64,000 nucleotides of DNA from Yuukianura sp. NJ FZ-2021 (taxonomy: Eukaryota), in NCBI GenBank assembly GCA_046563655.1, contig CM102285.1, forward strand, positions 310,001 to 374,000, in the 5' to 3' direction. Below the pieces are notes generated by a model. That model was not told the origin of the DNA. It made no database searches and saw only the letters and a list, made by a program, of their open reading frames with translations. Shown here one piece after another: positions 13,951 through 25,768 of this stretch. Numbering within the stretch: position 1 is the stretch's first letter; each line of letters starts with the position of its first letter. Both the position numbers and the translations under genes were made by a program.

Positions 13951-16273
13951 ATGAATTCTTCTAAAGTCTCCAGGTTTTTCACCCGCATGAGGAAGTTAAT
14001 TGCAACGTATACTTTTTAGCTTCCTCTGGAAAATTTGTTTCATTTATTCAACTCCAAGTTTACTTCCTCAGAACTTTTGTTCTTTCGAAGCGAACAGAGT
14101 GATCCCCAAAAACTTGTCTCTCGTTCTACCAGTTAATCCAAACTTGAAAAATCTGTTCAAATTTGTCCAACATGACATTCTCCTTGGTTGAATTTTTAAT
14201 TTTGACTTTCTCAGCGTCCTCGATTGGTCAAGCTCTGACCAATCAACGCTTGGAGTCGCTCCCTGTTTGCCAGGGATCCAGAAACTTTGCGTCAGCGCAA
14301 ATCGAGATGCCATCTTCTTTGATGTCCAGTGGAGACAACACAATATTTCGGTAACTTCACCTGCGCGCACGACAAGAGAAACTATGTGTTCAACTTGAGT
14401 TTTTAAGCTTGAATTTGCACTTTCAGGCTGTTTGAGCAGAGGTTGACTTGTGCCTCGATTGCGCACAATGTATCGCTCCCAATTGCTTTAAACGAAGAGG
14501 AAGAGGAGCGTGTGGAGGCAAAATTTGAGTCTAATGGAATTTTGAAGTACGACATTGGGAACTACTGGAAAAATGAATACTGTCTTCAGAGGTTACAACC
14601 CAACTTTCGATTTGTATTTTTTTGAAACGCCAACCTACATACTTTTTCCCGCCAAAGGAAATTAATCGTTAAAAATATTCTGAAATTGTCTAATTTGTTA
14701 ATTTAAAATTAGCTTGAGTCTCACTGAGGCCGTCGTCAACATTTGTGAGATCAACTGTGATGATCCAAGCAGTAACAAAATTTGTGTCCCAAAATGTTGC
14801 GGTTGGGGCAAAGTGCTTCATTTCCGTGAAAGTAACGTGACCTGTCGTCCTCCGAAGGAGTCTGCGATGACATGGCTCCCTCCGTTGTATCATTCCACCA
14901 ATCCTACTCGCTGCTTGGACTCACGCGACGAAGGCCCTGACTGTGTCCATAAAGGACTTCCAGAAAATGTGTTTCACTACCAAAATGCGTTTCATGGCTG
15001 CGCAGAGAATTTCACTATGGATCGAGTAGCCTACGACGACATTCCGTACGTCCCAACATTTATTCTTCAACTTTTTTTTTGTTCATTTTTAACCAAGGTA
15101 AATACCGTATTTTCGCGTCTATAATACGCTCCCGTGTATAGTACGCAGTCTCAAAATTTAGTAAAACTGGGTTTGGGAGGGAACAACGCGTTTTAAGCTT
15201 CCCAAACTAAGTATAATTCATTTTTCTAGAAACTTTTTTTTGAATTCGATTGTACGCATTTATAATTTATACTTTTGACCTTAAGTGAAGTAGAAAAGTT
15301 GATACCCATTGTGATTTTTAAAGGGAAGACAATTCCAAAGGAAATTTTTCCGGTTTAGATCTTGGTCCGAGCCCATGCAAATGCAAAGGGGTGGGTAAAT
15401 ACAGAGATAATGGAAGATTGGATGGCCAATGTATTCAGCAAACGGAATTCTGCATTTTTTTAAAAACCGGCAAAAGTTGAGGAAAAAAGTTGAGACAAAA
15501 CTTCTCATCTATGCACCCTCCACCGCACATTTGACCCCAGAAGTCAAGGAAGTTGTTCAGCGGCACAATGAGCTTGCGGTAATTTAAGGGGGATTAACCA
15601 AGTTTTTGCAGCCACTTGACCTTTCGGTGAACAAATCCTTCAAAAGCAAATTACGGGTATTCTGGGACGAATGCTAGAATAAGTTGGGTGCCCTGTTCGA
15701 CGGATTTGATGAGTTGGCGTTAGAATAATCTTGTTTTAGTTTAGGTTTACTAGCTAAACCATCATTATACAGTGAAAAATTTGCTTTGATTTCAAAATAA
15801 AAAAAATTCTCCCCAAAATTTCTTGAAATTTCCTAGATAATACGCGTATTATCTACGGGAAAATACGGTAGAATACTTATACGGTACGGTCCCTTAAAAA
15901 TGTTTTTTCAAAATGCGGTTGCCACGGGAAAAATTTGAGAGTGACGTCATCCGGAGAGTAGTCGATGGGCGTGGCTTAACACGTTGGCAATACAATCGAA
16001 CTTGATTAGCCACGCCCCATCGTCTACTCTCCGTATGACGTCACGTTATTTTTCATTGTTTACTTTTCAAAAATCGGTTTTTGGTCGCCAGCTGATTTTT
16101 AACGAATTTTTTGTATTTTTAGTTTTGCGTTCACAAAAAAGGGGTCGTTACACGCCTACAGTGGGTTGACTTGGCCCAGAAGTGACTATTGTATCGATGC
16201 ATTGTACAGTGAAGATGAAAACGCGGAGGTAAAGAAGCTTCATGCTGCCATGGTCTGTACACGCGAATCCTAA
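13951..16273 (+). CDS. Methuselah-like (Mth) GPCR ectodomain-only protein, no 7TM region; possibly a pseudogene
   Basis: Phase-consistent exons 14427-14591 (F..NGIL..Y..NEYCL), 14713-15045 (ICVPKCCGWGKVL) and 16123-16273 (F...GSL...SDYCID...AMVC, TAA) carry the Cys pattern of Mth ectodomains. The 5' exons (13951-13973, 14020-~14186, ~14216-14350) are less certain because one implied intron is only ~28 nt. Confidence 0.6.
15105..15868 (+). mobile_element. Internally deleted pogo/Tigger-family (Tc1/mariner superfamily) DNA transposon
   Basis: TIRs CCGTATTTTC..GAAAATACGG with TA on both sides. It contains a decayed DDE_1 transposase segment (KLIPIVIFKGKTIPKEIFP*...AKGWVNTEIMEDW and GLTKFLQPLDLSVNKSFKSKLR) with stops. 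It lies in an intron of the Mth-like gene. Confidence 0.9.
15941..16044. repeat. Imperfect inverted repeat / hairpin (~37-bp arms)
   Basis: GTGACGTCATCCGGAGAGTAGTCGATGGGCGTGGCT pairs with AGCCACGCCCCATCGTCTACTCTCCGTATGACGTCAC. It is intronic and probably the core of a MITE. Confidence 0.8.
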
Positions 16274-16298
16274 GACCCGTACCAGGAGGTAGGATCGG

Positions 16299-16557
16299 TT
16301 TAAGGTTGTTTGACACTTTGGCAGGCGAAAATAAATAGCGATGGCGCCAAATTTAAGAAATAAAAAAACGGAAAATATATTGCAAAACACTTTGCATGAA
16401 AAGACATTTGTTTGCACAATTTCAAAAATTCAAACATCAAGTTTACGAAAGTATTGAATTTGCACGGATTTTATGGAATTCCAATTTCAGTTGTCACAGA
16501 ACAAAGAAAATAAGATATTCATTCTCCACGTTTCTCAGAAAAGCAGACTTTCTGAAA
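16299..16557 (+). repeat. Right copy of the ~260-bp direct repeat flanking the Mth-like gene (HINE-free site)
   Basis: Homologous to 12496-12645 plus 13611-13732. It begins 26 nt after the Mth-like stop codon. Confidence 0.85.
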
Positions 16558-18129
16558 TTTCAAAATTTTCGACATTAAAACAAACGAATGGTTGCAGCTT
16601 GCCCTTTCTGAAAAGTACATCAAAGGTCAGAGGTCGTGAAAGGTCAAAGGTCACGACAGGTCAAATTAATGAGAGGTCAACGACCTCGGCACAAAATCCT
16701 GAACAGACGTAGAGACAGACAGACTCATTGATTGCACAATGTGGAGAAAAATTTGGAGCAAACGAAAAGTATGAAAAAGGAGAAAATGGAAAAAAGATGA
16801 AGAAAAGAAAAAGTTTTTCATTAAGAAAACTTAGATGCTGCTGTGCAAATGTGTGGAAAAGTGAAGAAAAGACTTGAACTTACATCAGAATTGTACTTTA
16901 GGCAAGAATAGAGAGCGCCAAAACTTAAAAAAAAGTTTTTGAATTGGAATCTGGTGGTTTGATCTCTCAATTTCCTTTCAATTCCTTCCATTTCAAAAGC
17001 TTTCTCCACCAGAGGCGTCTTTACCAATCAGATAACCATTAACCACAACGCAAAACCCAAACTAAACACTACATCTTTTCAATTCCCGAAATTTGAAAAT
17101 CCCGCCTTTTCATTCCATTATCTCTGGATTCGTGCATAACGAGAAAATGAGCGCCAAAACACTTCAATTTGAATATGGAAATTCAAATTCTTAAACACGA
17201 AAAGCTTTACATACAACTTTTCAAAACTGAATTTTTGAGTCGACTTGTGCACATCGTGTGACCTGGTTTTCATGCACCATGGTGGCTGTGCACATGTCTA
17301 GAATGAAAGTAGAGCTTTCTCTCCTAAAACCAAGAGCTTTTGAGTTTTAATTAGTCGTATCTAAAATTCCTTGATTGTGCAGCACTGTTGTGTGACTTAT
17401 GAGAGAGAAAGGAGGTTTGATGGAGTTGGAATTATTAATGGAACTCACCTCAGGAGAAACTTTTTCTCTTCAGTTGGTTTCCCAGTGGAGACAGCAAGAG
17501 AAAGCACACAACTCCTCTCCTGCTTTCCACCCGAAATCCTGTCCGTCGTCTTGGAGCCAGCACAAAAACGTACAAAAAAGTAGTGCTGTGGCAAAACTTA
17601 CAAAAAGTGGTGTATGGCTTCTGCTGGAGTCTTCTGGAATCAATTATTCATCCAAACTCATTTTGACCATCGGACACTCCGCTCACTCACGAGAAATTGG
17701 TCACGAATTAATTAAAGAAACACAAAGGTCGCATGACAGGCTGTCCAGGACACTTTTACTCTCGCTGGACACTGAGTTGAGATGACGTTGGGCGAGTGTG
17801 ATAGTCAATGTCCAAAAAATGAAAACAGCACCACTGTCCAGAAAATCGTTGAGCTTTTAGTTCTCTTTATAAAAGTTTTCGGTGTTTTCACAAAGTTTTT
17901 CGGTGTTTTCAAAAAAGTTTTCACATCCACTCCCGGAAGTTTGTGTGTTTTATGTTGTGACAACTTTACAAATTATGGGTACCTTCACAATCACAATAAT
18001 GTAAAACGGTCATGTCAACTTGTCCTTGTCCACTCGGTGTATTGTAAACTTGTCACAGTCACTAGACCAAGTTGTCACAACATTTGTCACGTCGTTCTTT
18101 AAAAAAAAAGTGCACTATGTACTAAAACA

Positions 18130-18540
18130 CGTTCTACAGTTTGCTGTGACGAACCAAAGACGTTCTTTCACTTTGACTTGACGAGTAAAAAAACGTTTTC
18201 ACCCTTTTGTGCTTTCTGACGTCACGAATCGAAAACGTTTTGTTAGGTTTTCGTTTCCTGCACTTTCACGGCACAAAATAAAAAACGTTTTCTGCCTTTT
18301 GGCGGGCTGCAATAGAACAAATCGAAAACGTTTTGTCGTTTTTTGTTCGTTGATAATGAACCCAAAATGTTTTGCCGTTTTCTGCTCTTTGACGGGACGA
18401 AGAAAAACGTTTTGTCGTTTTGACTTATTCTTGACGTGACGACGAACGAGAAAGGTTTTGTACTCTATGACTGACGATTCAAAAACGTTTTGTCGTTTCT
18501 TCTTGCTTTCTGACGTGACGAATCAAAACGTTTTGTCAAT
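18130..18540. repeat. Degenerate tandem repeat with recurring AAAACGTTTTGTCGTTT core
   Basis: AAAACGTTTT(G/C) recurs at ~18190, 18233, 18282, 18325, 18404, 18483 and 18526. Confidence 0.65.
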
Positions 18541-19288
18541 GTATGTGAAGGAGTGACCCCTTGACAAAAAGATGGAGCTGTCACGTAGAACTTTGACTTG
18601 TGTCGCCCAAGTGAAGATGTGAAGACAATGACTGTGTGTAAGTTTAGTTTGTGCATACCGTGTTTGGAATTGCAGACGCTGATCACGAGCGGCTTAGCCT
18701 TTTAGATCCTAGACGAAAAGGAAAATTAGACAAGACTACTCTTGTAGAATCCTTAATTTGGGGGAAAGTGAGACTTAAGTCCCTCCACTACACTGTTTTT
18801 GTGTAACTGAACGTGTCAAGTGCCCCTCATGAACTCAAGTTCTAAAGCTTCAAGTTTCAGCCGAGCAGCGATTCAGCGATGAGGAGGTCTGGACTGCGAC
18901 TGGTGGTTGGATCGCTTTCACCAGCCTTTTTAACTTTCCCTCTCCTCGTGTCCAACACATGAACTCTCAGCAGAACTGTGCATCATACACCTCCACTGCT
19001 ATGTTTGACCTGTCACGCACATGCGAATTGGTCACCAACAGGAAATGGACACTGGACATGAAAGGTCAAAAGGTCAAATGTCCAGTAATAATCATCCAAG
19101 CAACCTAACATGAAAAATACCTTGGTGTTTCTCTACCCTAATACATAAAAACAAGTGAAAAGCGTAAGTTATTAATTTACAATTCATTTTCTGTTAGTAG
19201 ATATCAGATTCTCAATACAGCCTGTAAGTAGCATTAGTAGCGACGTATTACATAAACGTATTTGCTTTACTCCTGGAACGTTGACATA

Positions 19289-20284
19289 TCAACGACGACG
19301 ACTTCGTTGTCCAAAACGGAGTCCGGTCTGCTTCTGAAACACTTCAGCATCTACCAGGGCCAAGTTCGATTCCACCAAGCACGAGGACAGTGGAAATCTG
19401 GATTCTCGTTTGTAGAAATCACCGTAGATTACCGGTGGAGAACCACGTTCGAAAATAGTCACAGCCACTTTGCTAGCTTCGTTCAACCAGTTCTCGGTGG
19501 CTGACATTGCCTCTCCGGGCCAAGTTTTTGTTGGACTGTGAAAGTAAATACGGCTCAATTAAGTTGTTAACTTAGCATTGCAAAAATTAATTGCTAAGTT
19601 AATGTTAATCTCAATTAACTAACTTCACTTACATGACCTTTGTCCCCTTTGGAAGTTTGAGACTACGCCCAGCCCCTAATCCAGGAATAACAACGATTGA
19701 CCCGAAGTAACCCAGTTCTGAACGGAAGTTGTCTTCCAGAGGTCTCCAACTTCCCTTATCCTCCGTATCTATGTCACTGAATGACAAGATTCAATCAATT
19801 AAGTTAAGAATATTAACTTGCGGTTAGTTTAACTTAGTTTAATTAACTTAATCTAACTAACTGAACTTACATAATAATTCCATAGTCACAAAGAAACACT
19901 TCAGCCCGTTTTCCAGTCACGGCTGTAACAAATCCTCTTTTACAGCGGCTCTCGTCTCTTCCTTCTCGAACGGCAATGAACTAAAAAGCAACACAAATCA
20001 AGTTAATTACTTAGATTAATTAGATTAACCAAAGACACTGTGTATGGACTTACCATGGAGCTCGAGAGTGCGAGCGACTCGATACTTGCAGCATCCTTCC
20101 AGCTACTGGCAATATCTTCTTCGAGAGCCTCCAGAAGAGCACGGTGAGGTACATGTTCGTAGAGAACAGTCACTTTTGCAGGAGACAGAACTCGTATGAC
20201 CTTGACAGCAACTAAATCCGGAGATTCTTCAGCTGATGCTGAGGCAGACGGACATACTTGCACAAAGTTGCTTTCTGGATCCAT
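19289..20284 (-). CDS. Single extended-Tudor (eTudor/SN-like) domain protein
   Basis: Exons 20284-20054, 19980-19871, 19776-19633 and 19553-19289 splice in frame. N-flank VKVIRVLSPAKVTV, Tudor core FIAVREGRDESRCKRGFVTAVTGKRAEVFLCDYG, C-flank WPGEAMSATENWL...LVESNLA. Confidence 0.7.
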
Positions 20285-20874
20285 TCTTTTGATTTTATGT
20301 CTCAGCAACTGTTCTAATTGTTTCAATTAATCGGACAGTTAAGCGTTTAGTTAATCAGACAGTACTGACTTAATCAAGTTGAGAAGTATTCGGTTAATTA
20401 GACAGTTCAAACAGAAACAGCTGACAAAATGAGATGACAGAATGTTTCCACTTTCATATTCGAAAGAGCGCACGAAAACGAGTACAGTCGGAAGCGGGTC
20501 GCCAAAGGTTAGAACATTAGTGAAATCTTGAAACAATAGTCACGCCCTTGACCCTTTACAGGAATTTAATTTAAATATTATAAATAAAGTTGTCACTAAT
20601 ATTATTATAAGTGAGCAAAAAACAATATTTATTCAGTTAAATCTTAAAGCAGTAAATCTGTAAAAATACAAAGTAGTAATTAATGTTATCAATCAAACCA
20701 TCCAAACTTCAAAGAAATTCATTATCCAAGTTATCGTCTTACTAAAAAAAGCAAAGAAGAATTAAATAGTTGCAATAATTCGGTTTTTAAGAATTTGATT
20801 AAGTAGGAATGAAAAAGTATGAAAAATTAGCAATGTCAAGTTTGGAAAAGGTCAAGGTCACACAATTTAAATAA

Positions 20875-22870
20875 TTAATAATCCTCTTCGCAGTGGATGT
20901 CATCAGTCTTCCTGTCCATGTTGTAGTAACGTGTAAACAAAGTGTCGAATAGGGGCTCAAACTTCTTGCGACCCTCAACTACAGCCTCCGTCACTTGGAT
21001 AATCCGACCAAGGAAACTACAAAAATAACATGAATCAATAAATTTATCACAATAATAACATGTATAAATTAGTTTTTCATAATAATAACATGTATTAGTT
21101 TATAAATCAACGTTAGAACTGAAGAATTGAAACAATTACTTTGGTTGTGCAGGTACTTGGCGGTTGTCGGACCGTGCTGAATCGAGAGTCGTTGTGGACA
21201 GAACATGAAAAGCACCGTAGAACTCGGCCAACACTACGTCAGACCTAAACGATCCGCGACTCACGTCGTTTCCATACTCAAGAGGATCCACAACGCTTAT
21301 CGTGGATACGCACGGCGGTCGGCTTGGATCGTAGTTCAGATAGATCACCTGCAAATGAACAAAAAATATCATGTAGACATCACCTTGTAATTTAAACGTG
21401 ATTAGGTTTAGTTTTGTAGTCAAATAGTAACTTTACATCCTTTTTAGGAATGTAAGCTCCACCGTTGCTAACGCGGATCGCCACATTTTTGTAGTTGAAC
21501 CTCCGAGTGTAGAATTCCAGCAGCTCAATGAGCAGCAAGCCCAAGTTGGCCCTGGTCGTTCTCGATACTTCTTTTGGATGTTGCTGAAAAGTCAAAGAAA
21601 AAACTAATTTTTCATATTTCTAACGAACTTTTGTTAATTTCAGTAGTTAGAACTTACTTGCAAGAAACTGAGAGTCATTAAAACAAGCGTGTATGAACTG
21701 ATGCCGCCCGTGTACACTCCGTTCAGTTCCCGTTGAAGCAGAAACTGCTTCAGAACCAAAACCAACTTGGGAATCACGGGGTACATTTTGATGCTGTGCT
21801 TCACCAGCTCAGCTGCTTTGATCCCAGTTTCAATTCCCAAGCACATGTCAATGTTGATCCTCGTCTCCTTCTCAGTCAACTTTAAGATTGGAATTCTCGT
21901 CTGAAACCAGCACAGAATTATATGAGTATACTGCCAGTATTCTAGTAATGCTGTCAGTATTCTTGGATGTTGCGCAGCAGCAGTGTCATACCGACGGAAT
22001 GATTTGGATGTCGCAAGGATCCGCAATCCCATCAGCAATCAGCTGAGCTTGCATCACTGGAAAAAAGTCGTGGTTGTCTGGCGTTAGGCCAATCAGAGCT
22101 ATATCGACATCACTGCAAGTAAGGCAAAGGAGATAACGGTAAACTGACATTCAATTAATCACTCAATTCAATTAAAAACTAATGTAAATTTGGCACCTTG
22201 TTGGCAGGTACAGACCGGTCCTGAGGCTTCCATACAACTCGACCTTCAGGTATGCAAACCTCTTTTTGACAAAGCGAGCTATCGTACGAACAGCAAACAG
22301 TCGGACTTGATGCTCATAGTAATTTGGACTCATGTAGAAGTAAAAATCCTCAATTTCTTGATGGAGCCTATAAATGACAAACTACAACGATGAGATACCA
22401 ATCCACAATTAATCGAAAACGAATCAATAACGTTTGATAAACGTACGCATGGATGCCTTTGCCATAGAATTTCTTCGGAACCAACCAAGGACTGCCGTCA
22501 GGTTCAGCCAGTTTGGCTTCAGAACTGCCGAGAGCAGCGTTCAGAGGTGGATAAACGGTGGACCGATTAGGCGGACATCCCTTCTTCGCTCTCGCTCTCT
22601 CCGCTGCATCCCCAGCCTCCGCCATCTTGACCTGAACCAAAAGTTATCTTAAGTCAGGAGATTTAGAAAGTGAATTACTCAATTACTAATTAAGTATACC
22701 TCCTTCGTCGTATCCTGCAAGATTCGGAACCATTTATCGTGGAATGTTTCTTCGGCAGGGATACTGTTCTGTTCAGGCTGCTTGGAAGTCCAGGATGACT
22801 GTGCAGAAGGTCCAGCTGATTGTTGTATCTGCATGTCCATTAAATTGTACTTCCCTAACTTCCCCAGCAT
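20875..22870 (-). CDS. Non-canonical poly(A) polymerase / terminal nucleotidyltransferase, TENT4 (PAPD5/7, Trf4)-like, ~462 aa
   Basis: Eight GT-AG exons in frame: 22870-22700, 22631-22447, 22367-22197, 22112-21992, 21900-21658, 21583-21437, 21348-21140, 21016-20875. Motifs include LHQEIEDFY, YGSLRTGLYLPTSDVD, the third Asp in INID, LVLKQFLLQR..VYTGGISSY and NLGLLLIELLEFY. Confidence 0.92.
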
Positions 22871-23175
22871 GATTGATTACCTCCAAGTTCAAGTCTACTA
22901 TGCTGGTCAACTGCTAAAAAAGAACTACTAGGCCAATTACTAACAGGTCAAACGTCAACTAAAACTAACACTAAACACAAAAACTACATAATTTATGAAA
23001 AGTACTAAAAGCTAAAATACTAAAAGACAACAAAGCTGAAGTTTTTAGTTTACCGAAGAGCTAAACCTATAATTTCTTAGTCCCATTTTAGCATGTGCTA
23101 TTTTATAAGTTATAGAGAAACAGCGTGGTTCGCAAAGAATTCCGTGTATGTATAGTATAAGTTGTTGACAAGGCG

Positions 23176-23226
23176 TATTATAGAGTATAGCTGGCGATAA
23201 AAACGAGATAAAGGAGCAGAGATATA
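23176..23226 (+). promoter_or_regulatory. ~51-bp module upstream of the HP1-like gene, in the divergent TENT4/HP1 intergenic region
   Basis: TATTATAGAGTATAGCTGGCGATAAAAACGAGATAAAGGAGCAGAGATATA is nearly identical to 25528-25579. The regulatory role is inferred from position only. Confidence 0.5.
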
Positions 23227-23736
23227 AGGATAATATTTGGGTTTGACTAAGAGACATTCAAACACATACTCCATTTTTCCCGCGCTTTTTACAGAGTTGG
23301 ACATCGTATGTTGAGATAACTTTACCGCATACCTTGGAGGAATATTTGTGTAAATCTGTTAATTAAACTAAGAATTAAATGTAATCAATTAATTATATTC
23401 AATTGTGTAATTAATATCAACAAGAAGAGGTTTAGTAAACATTTCCCATACTGGAGGTGGTCATTCCGTTTACTATTTACTGCGATTTAAATCTGAAGAA
23501 TGTTAATATCTCCCGCTCCCATTCCAGCAGCCGAAGAATTTGTTTTTGTTTTGCAATTTGTGGTGATCGGATCGGTTATCGGTTACACAGGTAAGCACTT
23601 TGACCTCGACCTTATCCAATTGTGACATCGGTTGATCTTTGACCTTATCGTGATATCGGTTGATCTTTGACATACGGCTTTTGATGATCACTTTTTACTA
23701 TCTGATACCAAAGGTTGACCCAGAGAAGTGTCCAAG

Positions 23737-25098
23737 ATGAGTTCCTGTGATTCGGAGTTAAGCGGTGAAGTGTATACCGTTGAACGTATCGTGGATGTTC
23801 GAGTTCTGTATGGCGGAAGGAAGGAATTCCTTATCAAGTGGGAGAACTACCCAGAGTAAGCATCCCCAATACCACCAGATCAATTACTAATTGAATGATG
23901 TTTAAATTCAACTGTGTTGTTAACTTGTAGATCAGAGAATACTTGGGAGAAGCAGGCGAACATCATTGATGTCCAGTTGATCCTGGACTTTGAGAAGCGG
24001 CGAGACGAAGAGCGAGAACGTCGGATAGCTGAAGAAGGATATGTCAAGGAGGACACAAAGCACAAGAAGAAGGTCGTTCATAAAACGTTGACCGAACTCG
24101 CTTCAAGTATTCGTAAAGGTCATAATGAAAAGTTGGAAAAAGAGTTGGCCAGGAAGAGAGACCAGTTGCACAAGAAGCAAGCTGAGGAGAAGTTAGCGAA
24201 GGCTCGGAAACTACAAAGAGCACTTGAAATTACCGTTTCGGATGATGATGGTGACCATGACAACAAACGTCATCATGACTCCAGTGGCCATCGGACACCA
24301 AAGGACAAAGGTCACCAACATTTTTCAACTTTTAGCAACTTACTAAAAACCTGACTTTATGTATAATGTTTTGTGTTTCATATGTTATAAGGTACGTCTT
24401 CTGGACATCATAGTACTTCCAAGTCCAGCATCAAGAGACACAGGTCCAAGTCTCCAGACAAGCGACCAATAAGCGAGCATAAGCATAAACGACCAACCAC
24501 AAGCGAGAAGTCGGACATTTCGAAAAACCCACTTCAGAAATCAGCTGTTACCGCGCCCAGTCCACAATTTGTCAAACCGACACCAGACAAAGTTAGCACC
24601 GTTGACAAATCTCGAGTACTTACCGATATCGGTGTCGATTTCTTAGCTTCACCATCAATTACCGCTCCGGTTCCAGTAACGGTATGACACGAACCCTTAG
24701 CATAGTAGTTGATGTAAGGTCGAGTTAAGATTAACGTGATTAATCGATTACTTTGTGATTAATCCATTACTTTGTTCCAGACTGGGTTCGACAAAGGTTA
24801 CAAGGTGAAGGACATCGTTGGGTTCACCCTGCGGAAGAAACCGGACGGCACTAGTGCTGGTATCCAAATACTTGTGTTGTGGGACAACGGTGGCCTGGGT
24901 GAAGAGGAAGCCGAGCTCGTTCCCATGGACATCCTGCGTATCAAGGAACCAGCGAAACTCATCAAGTACTTCGAGGGAATCCTCATATTTCACTCAGCCG
25001 ATGTAGTTTCGTCCGACAGCAGCAGCGATTCGTCTTCCAGCGATATCAACGATATCAGCGATACCGACGAAGCACCTGGCAGCCTCTTGAGCCTATGA
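23737..25098 (+). CDS. HP1-family protein (chromodomain, long hinge, chromoshadow), ~368 aa, divergent paralog
   Basis: Exons 23737-23855, 23931-24310, 24392-24681 and 24781-25098. Chromodomain YTVERIVDVR...EFLIKWENYPESENTWE has aromatic-cage Y/W/Y. Chromoshadow-like segment GFDKGYKVKDIVG...LVLW...EAELVP...EPAKLIKYFEGILIFH. Confidence 0.88.
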
Positions 25099-25127
25099 AC
25101 TCCGATGTACTGCAGTTGCTGTAGGTT

Positions 25128-25384
25128 ACAAGGTCAGCCGAAAATCGTGGAAACCAATCAGAATCTTTCAGAGTTTTCAAATATTGCCCGGTAATTAAAT
25201 GAATTCAAAGTCTTTTGTGAAATATATTTTGAAAATAGTAGAAATAGTTGTGGGGTTTAGGAGAATAAAGGTTTAGTATTTCCTATGGATTAGTAAAATC
25301 ATTTCACATCGTAACATTTTTTTGAAATTATGAAGCTACTTTTTTTTTCTAAAAAAGCTACTTTTTTAAAAAACGTTACGTAAA
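25128..25384 (+). repeat. Left copy of a ~260-bp direct repeat flanking the Hsp70-like gene (duplicate of the LAS1L 3' end/3'UTR)
   Basis: ACAAGGTCAG.CGAAAATCGTG...CCAATCAGAATC...TTTTCAAATATTGCCCGG...GTGAAATATATTTTGAAAATAGTAGAAATAG...AAAAAAYGTTAYGTAAA matches 28236-28506. Confidence 0.85.
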
Positions 25385-25527
25385 CACATGAGACGATCAA
25401 GTCCTTGATGCATAGCTTCAGCCGTGGACGAGACATGACCGAAAGGCACTAAGAGAAAAACAGGAAATGCATGGGTGACGTCACAGACTCTTTCGGAGTG
25501 CAGATAGGAAAGGAGAAAACGGCATGT

Positions 25528-25579
25528 TATTATAGGGTATAGCAGGCGATAAAAACGAGATAAAAGGTGCAAAGATATA
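25528..25579 (+). promoter_or_regulatory. Second copy of the ~51-bp module, ~190 nt upstream of the Hsp70-like ATG
   Basis: TATTATAGGGTATAGCAGGCGATAAAAACGAGATAAAAGGTGCAAAGATATA; compare 23176-23226. Confidence 0.5.
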
Positions 25580-25768
25580 GTTGATTGTGGATTTACATTG
25601 TCGTCTGTCACACACTTCGAATCTAAAAGTGTAATCTGGTTTAACCTTAGTTCAGAATAATTTAGCGGTTGGTATTGATTGAGTGCTAGAGTAAGTCGGC
25701 TTCTTATGTCTTACTTACGTATGTATTTCTGAATTTAACGAATTGTAATTTTTACTTTTGAGCAGAAA

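Noticed and set aside
17371-18102. ORFs of 70-128 aa
   Set aside because: No recognisable domain or splice-consistent model; may be UTR or non-coding sequence.
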